This document shows, one piece after another, positions 23,001-30,368 of a stretch of DNA of 33,495 nucleotides (position 1 is its first letter; each line of letters begins with the position of its first letter). The notes under the pieces are model-generated. The model had not been told where the DNA came from. It ran no database searches and saw only the letters and a list, made by a program, of their open reading frames with translations. The stretch spans positions 1-33,495 of the forward strand of contig CAXNAD020000061.1 of the NCBI GenBank assembly GCA_964200185.2, in the 5' to 3' direction. The translations under genes were made by a program, and so were the position numbers. The DNA comes from Choristocarpus tenellus KU-1152 (taxonomy: Eukaryota > Protista > Phaeophyceae).

Positions 23001-26000
23001 CCACAGACGGTATGGTTAATGGAGGGGAGGGGAGGGGGGAAGGTGTGGTAAGCAAATGTGCTAATGGGAACGGGAGTCCTGTCATGAACGGACACAGTGC
23101 TGGAGATGGCCATGATACAACAATCAGTGGAGGGGTAAACAGTTTTAATGGGAAGGAGGACAAAGCGGTCAGGACTGGGAACATGGAGGATATTGTGAAG
23201 GGGAAGGGGAATAGCTTGGTTGTGAATGAAAAGCAAGTTGAGGTTTCCGGTATTGGGAATAATTTAGCTGTGAAGGGGAAGAAGGGCGACCAATCGGGAG
23301 CTCTGAAGGCAGAGATTGGTGACGAGGGGCATGACAAGGCGGTGGGTAGTGGTGGGGAGGACAAGAAGCGAAAAGAGAATGAGATGTCCAGCTCTAGCTT
23401 GTCTGATGATGAGCTTCGAGTTGCGGAGGATGGGGCACCTGTTGTGGAAGGGGTGGAAGGGGGGGATGGAGTGGGAGTGGTACTTAATTCTGTGGAGCCT
23501 CTTTGCAAACGCCTTCGTAACCTATCAGGCGGTGTCTCCTCTCCACCAGAGTCAGGGTCGATCAAGGAAGCACAGGGGGGAGGAAGGGAAGATATGGTTG
23601 TGGAGAATGAGGTTCATGAAAAGGTGAGTGTGTGTTTTGTTAGGGCCAGGAGCAGGGAGATGGCGATTTATTGTTCGTACTTTCTCCTGTTATTGGCGAG
23701 TGTATTTTTGTGAGGACTATTGCAAATCTTCATTCACGTACCTGAAGTTGTAGGGTAGAGAATCAGCTCACCTTAGCTGCTATGTTGAATGTTTGGTAAG
23801 GGTGTCTCTCTGTGATGGTAAAGTCAATTGACCCCAGTTTTGAATGACAAGTTCTTCCAAGCATTCATTCGTGTAGGCCAAGGATGTAATCCATGATATA
23901 TAGCCTATGTCTAGAGGTGTTCAGGGGTCAATGGAAGAGGCACCTGGTTCTCCACTATCCTCAGCCCCTCCCCATCCCCTGCCCCATGATGTTGAATGTC
24001 TGCAGGAATGTGCTAGTGGTTTTGATTCTAAGGAAGGTGTCAATGGTTTCAATGGAGTAAGCACCCTCAAAACAGCCACCGTGACAAACAGTTGTGAGCA
24101 TAAGGGGATTGCTGGTGTGGAAGGAGGCAACAGTGTTAAGATAGCTGTTATTGCTGGAGGTGATAGCAATGACGTAGACATGGATGCCGGTGTTGCTAAT
24201 GGCATGGGTTCAACTGATCGCTCACGTGTTGACAAGGAGAAGGAGCTGGAAGAGAGGTGGGTGATGCAGGGGCAATGTATCTTGTTGTACTGGTTTGGTT
24301 TGAGTATGTGGACTATATGTGGCTATTGTATTGGCATCTATGTTAATTTTTGTAATGTATCTCCCCTAACATGTCAAACAGGTGCAATCCTTCAAATCAT
24401 GCAGGAGAAGTAGAAGATCCGGATAGGCCTTGGGTATGGGCTCCCCCATCTTACCTCACAGAGAGCAACACGGCAGTTAGTGAGAAGACTAGAGGGGAGG
24501 AAGGGTCTAGAACATGGTGGCCTATTCCCCAGGAGAAGCTGATGAGGGTGGAGAAGCTAGCTGAGAGGGGTGTGATTCCTAAAGTAGGTAGATATCAAAG
24601 GGAGGGCGGGTGGGATGTGGGGGTAGTGGGGTAGACTATTCACAGTTCCATGTTGAATTGTTCAATTTTCAGAAAATGGTTTAAATGCTGTCTTCACAAC
24701 GCGATTTTTCCAGTTATGATGTATATTTGTTTGTGGTTACGTTTTTTACATTATCATGGTGCTGGTACTGCTGTACAATACTGTTTAGGTCTGTATGTAA
24801 GGGATTGGTGTAACATAGGTGTAGGGTTAGAATCAGGGTTAATGTCAGGGTTAATAGTGTATTTTAGAAGCATGTAGTAGGGGCTTGGGCTTAGGGATGT
24901 TGTAAACTAGGCAATATGTTTCGTATTACGTTGGTTATCAGGTTCAAGCTTGTATTGTTCCATGATGATAAACGCCCATGAATGTACCTTAGTGAGGATA
25001 TTTTTGTAGTTGTACTGAGCTGTGTGTTGCTGGTACAGTTGGTTGCTGTTTACCTGTTGTGCCTACAGGGGGAATTATAAGTATGCTTGAATGCACATAC
25101 AGGAATATATATGTGCATAATTATCTGTATACAGTGGGTGAGGGTTAGGTTATTCTTCCAGGTACCAAGTGTATAAATGTGTAGAGCATGCATGACCTTC
25201 GGTATCGTCCATTCCTAACATTGTTTGCTCACTCCTACATATGATGAGCGTTTGCGGGGATTTGGTAAATACTCCTGAGGGGAGCAATTTTACCCCCCAC
25301 CCATGACCACCCTGGTGCTCTATATCCTCCCGCTCCCTGATTGGCGTTAGGTGTTTGTGACACGAAAGCATCGCCCCAACCGTAAGATGATGGGTCATGT
25401 CCAAAGAGTGGAACGATCCTTAGGGTATCGCTTCATACATCCATGGTTGTGCGTCCAGGCTACCACGCACCCTTCATGGACTATGTTTGACCAGGCAAGT
25501 TTTTTTTTGGTGTTGCAACTTTTTCTCATATCTCTTTCTCATCATCCCCTGCCTCGCCCTTGCATTCGCAAGTAGTGGGTATTGTTTTCCGCTTGAATAT
25601 GTAACATACATGCCCCACAGTTCAGCAACTCTTTGCACTGCTCTGTGGCGATCTGGTGTTTTCTGTGAGGCAGAGGTGGAACAGTGTGGAAAATGATTCT
25701 AAGAAGGATGGGTGGGATGATGGCAGTGAAGGCGACAGTGATGGGATCGGTGAAGAGATTGTCCTCAAGACAGACAAGAAAAAACTGCCTGCGCAAGGTC
25801 TGGAAGTCCCCCTTTTTTTATTACTGTACTGTGTTGTGTGTGTGTTCCCCTCCATTGCTATTACTTATTGTGGCACTCTGTCCTCACTGAATTGTAGTGT
25901 ACTTTAGTTCAACACTGCTGTTTACAATCAAGAAAAGTGGCCCTGGATTTGTCCAAAAGGAAATGTTTTATAGTTTCCATCAATAGAAGAGATGATCTCT

Positions 26001-29000
26001 ATGGTGTAGTGAGCCAATTATATATATATATTTCGTTTTTGCGCGCAATGACAGACTCTGCCCCCCTTGCATTGGCGTTAACTCTGATGTGATGTTGCAC
26101 ATTTATCCTTGAACACTCCAGATTACCAGCGGTTTGAGTTCCTTGGAGATGCAGTCCTGGGATACTTGGTGACTGCACAGCTTTACTTTCTAGACAGTCG
26201 TCTAACTCCTGCGCAGCTCACTAGCCTCAAGGTGTGAGAGGAATAACTACTTACAAGTAGTGTTTGAAATGAGGGAGGGATTAAAAAAAAACAGTGGTAT
26301 CTCAATACTTGACAACATCAGAAGTTTCGGTAATGAATCTTGACTGGACTTGTTTCCTGACTTCCTACACCAGGAAGGACTGTATCAATAGAGTGAGAGG
26401 GTCCAGGAAAAAGGCTCAAGGTGAAAACAAAGGTTGAGAGGACTGCTTGGGGAGAACACATATCTCGTAGTGAAATAGCCCACAGAGTATAAAGGGTGGC
26501 ATCAGTCACGTTTCTGTATGCTCTGGTGGCACAGTTGTATCTCAATATTTGACGGGGGGGAATATTCAGTCTGTGGAATTGCCAACTCAACAGGCAACCT
26601 TTGATCTTCCTCAAATTTAGGCAGGGTACGCAGGTACAGCTAAGTTTTTTTTTCTTTTCACTTGTAGTGTCATTTATTTGTCTTTTATTAAAAAAAAATC
26701 CTGTATTTTCTCAGCAGCTTGGACTGATTTTGTTTGTAATAGTTTTCATGTGGCCTCTACTGTGAGCAAAACCCTAGACCTGGTAATTTTTTCGATGCCA
26801 TATCCTAATGATCCAGTGTGGCGTACTATGTAGCGCTATTTAATTCATGTATACTTCTAACTAGCGTGTAGTCTAACCTCCATTTTAGTTTTATGTGATG
26901 GTGCGGTGGTTAACTTGATTGTAGTTTGGTGGTGTGTCCTCTGCACCTGAATCTTGCTGTACCTAGTGTTCATGGGAGCATTTTTTTTGTTCAGGAAGCT
27001 TGATGCTCTTGGGCCTTAAACTGTTTGTATTTGTGTAATGTAGGTGCTCTGGAATGAGCGCTTGGTTCTTTTTTGGAGCAGAGTGAAGTGTTTCTGGTAC
27101 TTCCAAAAAATATTTTGAACTCTCTCCAAGTATCCTAATATACCTAACTGTAGCAGTACTGCAGTAGAGGTATTCCTAGATCTCTTGTTCTTCATGTGTT
27201 GCCTCTTGCTTGCAGTCAGTGAATGCAGCTGAACAAGAACCACATTTGGACAACGATACAATAGTTATTCTCCAGTGCAGTATGGGTTCGCAGGTGCTGG
27301 TGCACACCTCCATAGAGACTATTTTTTTATGTGCTGTGTATCTTGCACTCTCAACAATCGCTTCACACCTTGTAGTTTTTTTTAATGTGGTGTGAATTGT
27401 GATACGTGTGTTTGTCCCTATCATTGGTTAACTAAGTCTAATTCTGACCTGCTGCCCTGAACGGGCACTGAACTCAATGATGGTTATTGCATTTTTGGTT
27501 TCTCAGGCCAGCTGTGTGTGCAATGCCAGCCTGTATGTGATTGCCCTTCAGCTTAATCTGCAACATGCTATTCTTGCTTCCCCTGCAATACTGGCAAGCA
27601 TTCAGGGTTTTGTGCAGGTAATGTGATGATACCACTCCAGAGTATATTATAACAACAATTTAGTTTGTACCTTTCTCATTATTTCCCCTCTCAATTGTTG
27701 CTCTGCGGCTGTTCCGTGTATATGACAAATTTTTGTTATTAGTCAAAGTTCCAGTAATATGTACAGATCACACGAACATTTGTTTGTTTTATTAAGTGTT
27801 CTGTGTGACACTGGTTAACTGATAAACACACCTCTTGTGCCCCAATCTCCACAGAACCCCACAGAGGGTGGACCCCCTAAGCATGTGGCTGATGTGTTTG
27901 AGGCCTTGGTGGCTGCTGTGTACCTGGACAGCTCTTGTTCCATGAGGTACAGTAGATGATTTCTCTCCCCCCCCCCCTGTGCTGGGTCTGAACATTGTTA
28001 GCATCCTCTATTCTGGTGTGTGCAATGTTTGCTGCACTCACTCTTGTTGCAGTTGATCTCTTTTTTCCAGTGCATGATACAGTCTGATAGTTGAAGATAA
28101 AATTTACTCCTGAGTAATCTGCTTGTATGTATCTTTGAGATAGATTTTACTTTTGTGTTTGTGGTAGTCCTGTACTGGATGGTAGAAATGTAAACGCAGA
28201 GCCTGTAGAAGGTTGTATCTATGGAGTGGGTAACCTTTCGTATTGTTCTGGTTCAGGCATGGACTACCGAGTTATCATTGTATTGGGGTAGTATGCATTA
28301 ACCTGTTAAACATAATTGGGTCAAAGCTGAGGTCTAATTTTTGTATTAGTGTACAATAAAACGTTTTTGGATTGTTCCAAATAATATTTTGACAGTGAGT
28401 TCGGTGTAATATGAAGTGCTTGTTTTTTCTGGGTATTGCATTGTGGCTTTCCAAGCACTGTGTTGTGTGTGTGGAAAGAGTATACATCTATACATGAATG
28501 TACATATTTCTGTATTTTACCTATGTGTATATGCATAGGAACCAATGATCCGCTGGAAAACATATAGAATTTTACCTTGTGTTCTGGCCCTCATTTTTGT
28601 CTTTATCTGGAACCATCTGTTTTGATTACATTGGTAGTCTCAGTTCCAATGGAGTGTCTGCTATTCAGATGCTGAGGTACTACAATGTTTCAGATTTCTC
28701 TTTGAGGAGACGTAACTGTTCATGAGAGGGTGCTATGACAGATGTGGTTGTTGCTCTCCTGTCAGGTCTGAGTGTGTGTGTCTAACTTGAAGCATCTCAT
28801 TGTAGTGGATTATCATTTCTGCTGCACATTGAGTGCTTCCACTTACAATGCAGTAGCAAAGGCCACAACTCAAGATTTCTACACAAGCAAATCTTCGGTG
28901 TGAGTCTTCCTTCCAAGTTCCATTGGGCTGATGCCACTCTACTGTCACTAAAACAATTGTCTTTATGCTGGTTGTGAAACTCTTAACTCATCCCCAACAA

Positions 29001-30368
29001 CTAGAATTCGCCCCCATGCGCACAACACCCCCACTATCCTTCCATCTCATGACCCCTCTCCCCCATCATTTGTTATTGTGCTTTCTTTCCCACCAGTACT
29101 GTGTCCCGTGTGTTCTGGCCTTTGATTGCTAAGTACCTGGAAGAGCATCCTCTCCCTGTGGACCAAGCAGGGCACGGTGTAGCCAACCTGGCAGCCACAG
29201 TAGCCGCTTCGGCATCAAATGCAGCTGTTGCTGCTGCTAAGAAGGCTGCAGCAAAGGCAGCTGAAGACTCTGCTGCTCCAAGTAAAAGGATAGGAAGGCG
29301 TAGAGAAAGAGGGGTAAGAAAAGTAGTACCAGGAAAGGATAAAGGTGCTGAGGGGAAGACGGCAGAGGAGGGTGGAGCTGCAGGGGTGAAAAGGGGGAAT
29401 GAGACAAAAACCATCACGGTGGAGGAGGAGAAAGACAGCAGTCAGGCTGAGAGTGAGGGTGGGGTATTGGAGAAGTCGGGAAGGGCAGAGGATACAAAAG
29501 GGGATGTGGAATTAGAGGCATGCAAGGGGGAGAGTGTAAAAGACCTGGAGCAGGCGCAGGGGCAGACGCAAGCTCTCTCCTCCAAGCAGGATGGGGGATG
29601 TGGGACAGAAACATCTGAGGTTGGTGGCAGTTTCATGACCGACACCTGTCCTGCCACTGCTGGAGTTGGTGCTGCTGTGAGTGGACTGACATCAGCCCAG
29701 GAAGGACGTTTGGAGGATATGGTGAGGGAGGAGGAGATTGCTACCGCAGAACTTGAAGTTGGCAAGGTTGTCCCAATGGAGGAGGGTGATGAAGGGGAGA
29801 AGGGGGGGGAAGGGGAACTGTGTGTAGGGAATGGTGGAGAAAAGCAAGGAGGAGCAGCAGTTGCAACTGTTGCTGGAGGCATTGGAGCTGGCAGGGGGGT
29901 TGAGGAGGGGACGGCTCTGTCCATGATGGTTAAGGAGAATAATGTTGACAAGGGAGAAGCCTTGGGGGCAGGGCAGGAGGGTGTCAATGTGGGGGGGAAT
30001 AGGGAAGGAATAGCTGTAGCAAAAGGTGAGGGTGTTGGGCTTTATGTGTTTGGTGCATGCTTTCTTTATTTTTTGTTGTTGGATATCTTGTGCAAGTTAC
30101 ATGTTTACGTCCCTTCTTAATTTGACTTCACATGTGCGTTGTACTTTGCCAAAATAAACAAACGCCTTTCAAATTGACTGGGTTAGAGCAGGTTTTCTGG
30201 TTCTGATACTACTACTGTTCTGTGTTTGTAGGTTTGCTGCATGTGGAACTTGTGACACTGACTTGAATTGACTTTTTTTGGTATCTGAAGCTAACATGTA
30301 CCCCTTTACACCCCACTGCCCTCCTAGTTTGCAGCACGAAGGCAGATCTGATGGTGGTGAATGAGTAG
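2..30368 (+). CDS. DCL: Dicer-like endoribonuclease, 5'-partial spliced gene (30 exons in window, about 2,570 codons): helicase C, DUF283, platform, PAZ-like, RNase IIIa, RNase IIIb
   Basis: Manual splicing gives one open frame: join(2..321,569..655,1323..2217,2541..2693,4947..5041,5520..5674,6519..6609,10381..10516,11011..12045,15491..15604,15928..16104,16446..16538,16738..16818,17362..17637,18697..18939,19349..19788,20421..20493,20910..21011,21442..21572,21922..22058,22752..23623,24006..24256,24382..24583,25351..25494,25674..25797,26122..26231,27507..27617,27855..27946,29097..30025,30328..30368). Two RNase III signatures, SF2 helicase motifs and the DUF283 motif appear in canonical Dicer order. 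Confidence 0.95.
569..655 (+). CDS. DCL: DCL exon: helicase motif IV (RCMVFVERRATARIL)
   Basis: ttccacag acceptor and GTGGGT donor. The sequence matches the Dicer-type 'IIFVERR' motif IV. Confidence 0.9.
1323..2217 (+). CDS. DCL: DCL exon: helicase C lobe (GFVVG ... RTINMFRQGELQ) with ~280-aa low-complexity insertion
   Basis: Polypyrimidine tract with cag acceptor, and CAG|GTGGGT donor. Lies within ORF 1327..2253. Confidence 0.88.
1590..1905 (+). repeat. Degenerate coding repeats, (G/E)TAEG and DGGTTKVSGT units
   Basis: GATGGTGGRACCACCAAGGTYAGTGGSACT at about 1702 and 1792, with a weaker copy near 1846. GRGACTGCTGAGGG-like units recur several times. Confidence 0.8.
2541..2693 (+). CDS. DCL: DCL exon: helicase motifs V and VI (VLVTTDACSEGIDVPECNLVI ... 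IHTRGRAR)
   Basis: Translated directly from the sequence: 51 codons, tag acceptor, GAG|GTGCGA donor. Confidence 0.93.
4649..4658. other. Assembly gap (10 N) flanked by duplicated sequence
   Basis: N run. TCGATCTCCAAACAGCGGACATTGAAAATG plus poly-T occurs at both 4554 and 4720. Confidence 0.97.
4947..5041 (+). CDS. DCL: DCL exon: post-helicase (pincer-like) helix AGDLEEEERVHIMLQQSEEIKRNQLQ
   Basis: aag acceptor and GTCAGT donor. Phases 0/2 fit both neighbours. Confidence 0.82.
5520..5674 (+). CDS. DCL: DCL exon: start of Dicer dimerisation domain DUF283 (VDGTGAIVDMDMAIPLLHETLYSL)
   Basis: Resembles the 'TGA.v....Ai.ll..yc..L' DUF283 start. cag acceptor and GTGCGT donor. Confidence 0.88.
6519..6609 (+). 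CDS. DCL: DCL exon: DUF283 middle (SYSCRLELPTFL)
   Basis: ttcag acceptor and GTGAGC donor. Carries the 'f.c.l.LP' strand motif, and phases 1/2 fit. Confidence 0.85.
6810..9330. mobile_element. Degenerate non-autonomous repeat element (foldback/MITE-like) in the intron splitting DUF283
   Basis: Many direct and inverted copies of short units: 7170-7211 vs 7360-7400, 6878-6918 vs 9027-9067, and 8154-8196 inverted vs 8494-8536. No transposase ORF; termini and target-site duplication not identified. Confidence 0.5.
8154..8536. repeat. Inverted repeat with a perfect 23-bp core
   Basis: CCATGGCCATCAACTGTTTCAAT (8154-8176) is the exact reverse complement of 8514-8536. Confidence 0.92.
10381..10516 (+). 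CDS. DCL: DCL exon: DUF283 end (FKNKTMARCGVAFLAVKELLKRKFIDKHLNP)
   Basis: Matches 'sK..Ak..aAl.A...L...g.lDdhL.P'. GAG|GTGAGA donor. Confidence 0.9.
11011..12045 (+). CDS. DCL: DCL exon: linker and platform N-part with acidic insertions; ends at a GC donor
   Basis: C-rich tract with cag acceptor, in the frame of ORF 10930..12153. GAG|GCGAGT at 12046 gives a phase-0 join to 15491. The alternative GT donor at 12078 is phase-incompatible. Confidence 0.75.
12758..12779. repeat. Perfect 22-bp palindrome
   Basis: AACCTGAAATATATTTCAGGTT equals its own reverse complement. Confidence 0.92.
13858..13930 (+). mobile_element. Possible tRNA-derived SINE remnant
   Basis: A-box-like TGTTCAGTGG and B-box GGGTTCAATCC (13908-13918) at tRNA-like spacing. 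Confidence 0.3.
14013..14040. repeat. (AT)14 microsatellite
   Basis: Read directly from the sequence. Confidence 0.95.
15491..15604 (+). CDS. DCL: DCL exon: platform helix (MAALVQWHCDTIGMA)
   Basis: ctacag acceptor, GAG|GTATTT donor, 38 codons. Confidence 0.78.
15928..16104 (+). CDS. DCL: DCL exon: platform C-part (MLAVPL ... PYIDWLCVE)
   Basis: Carries the 'yl.vPl ... IDW' motif that precedes PAZ in Dicers. GTGAGA donor. Confidence 0.85.
16446..16538 (+). CDS. DCL: DCL exon: PAZ-like region start (VSHKTCRFYFPLERLKMTLGEYL)
   Basis: Strong ttttcag acceptor, GTGAGT donor, 31 codons. Confidence 0.8.
16738..16818 (+). CDS. DCL: DCL exon: PAZ-like region
   Basis: cag acceptor, GTGAGT donor, 27 codons, phase 0/0. 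Confidence 0.75.
17362..17637 (+). CDS. DCL: DCL exon: PAZ-like region (ERHLLLCVPAP) plus insertion
   Basis: ctaac branch-like motif, aag acceptor and AAG|GTGCAA donor, in the frame of ORF 17257..17658. Confidence 0.75.
18697..18939 (+). CDS. DCL: DCL exon: acidic insertion, then PAZ end (PVLLIEQYCQPI)
   Basis: Resembles 'v.LpPElC'. The GTGAGA donor at 18940 restores typical spacing to the connector; an alternative donor exists at 18925. Confidence 0.78.
19349..19788 (+). CDS. DCL: DCL exon: connector helix (AVPRMFDLERQLLCSTLHKSLF), insertion, start of RNase IIIa
   Basis: Aligns by eye to 'LPSimhRlE.lLla..L'. aag acceptor and AG|GTGTGG donor. Confidence 0.83.
20421..20493 (+). CDS. DCL: DCL exon: RNase IIIa signature NERLETLGDAWL
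   Basis: Canonical ERLExLGD signature. CAG|GTGCTT donor. Confidence 0.95.
20910..21011 (+). CDS. DCL: DCL exon: RNase IIIa (EEGMMTIFRKNIVSNARLIKCAERRGLQ)
   Basis: Matches 'hEG.Lt..R...vsN..L...a...gL'. CAG|GTAGGC donor. Confidence 0.93.
21268..21341 (-). mobile_element. Degenerate tRNA-Pro-like sequence or SINE head
   Basis: Minus strand reads ...GACTTTGGGTACCAAAAGACAAGGTTCAATCTC...: a Pro(TGG)-like anticodon loop CTTTGGGT plus a B-box. The stems are degraded. Confidence 0.4.
21442..21572 (+). CDS. DCL: DCL exon: RNase IIIa second catalytic motif (RKTIADVVEAMLG)
   Basis: K.iADvvEAliG motif. ctccag acceptor and GTGAGG donor. Confidence 0.95.
21922..22058 (+). CDS. DCL: DCL exon: RNase IIIa end (ACLVVGGNRSASCMMEWLGLP)
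   Basis: Matches 'Ay....G...Al.fm.WlGi'. GTGAGT donor. Confidence 0.9.
22752..23623 (+). CDS. DCL: DCL exon: low-complexity IIIa-IIIb linker
   Basis: In the frame of ORF 22829..23713. ctcag acceptor (phase 1) and AAG|GTGAGT donor. Confidence 0.82.
24006..24256 (+). CDS. DCL: DCL exon: linker (an in-frame alternative acceptor at 23925 is possible)
   Basis: C-rich tract with ctgcag acceptor, and AG|GTGGGT donor. Confidence 0.7.
24382..24583 (+). CDS. DCL: DCL exon: linker (RPWVWAPPSY ... TWWPIPQEKL)
   Basis: ctaac motif with aacag acceptor, GTAGGT donor. Phases 2/0 fit. Confidence 0.78.
25351..25494 (+). CDS. DCL: DCL exon: RNase IIIb start (VERSLGYRFIHPWLCVQATTHPSW); GC donor
   Basis: Matches 'lE..lgY.F....Ll.qAlTH.S'. 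CAG|GCAAGT donor at 25495. Confidence 0.92.
25674..25797 (+). CDS. DCL: DCL exon: acidic insertion inside RNase IIIb
   Basis: Needed to convert phase 0 (25494) to phase 1 (26122). ggcag acceptor and G|GTCTGG donor. Confidence 0.75.
26122..26231 (+). CDS. DCL: DCL exon: RNase IIIb signature DYQRFEFLGDAVLGYLVT ... LTPAQLTSLK
   Basis: Canonical YQRxEFLGDAVL signature, read directly from the sequence. Confidence 0.96.
27507..27617 (+). CDS. DCL: DCL exon: RNase IIIb (ASCVCNASLYVIALQLNLQHAIL)
   Basis: Matches 'sa.V.N..la..av...lh..l'. CAG|GTAATG donor. Confidence 0.92.
27855..27946 (+). CDS. DCL: DCL exon: RNase IIIb second catalytic motif (PPKHVADVFEALVAAVYLDS)
   Basis: PK.lgDvfEal.gAiylDS motif. 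ccacag acceptor and GTACAG donor. Confidence 0.95.
29097..30025 (+). CDS. DCL: DCL exon: RNase IIIb last helix (TVSRVFWPLI) followed by low-complexity tail
   Basis: In the frame of ORF 29101..30120. caccag acceptor (phase 2) and G|GTGAGG donor. Confidence 0.83.
30328..30368 (+). CDS. DCL: Probable terminal DCL exon (VCSTKADLMVVNE*)
   Basis: ctaac branch motif at about 30291, C-rich tract, cctag acceptor and in-frame TAG. No homology support. Confidence 0.5.

Noticed and set aside
29210-29270. AAAKKAAAKAAE as the last helix of a dsRBD
   Set aside because: It follows RNase IIIb too closely to leave room for the alpha-beta-beta-beta part of the fold, and no beta-strand pattern precedes it.
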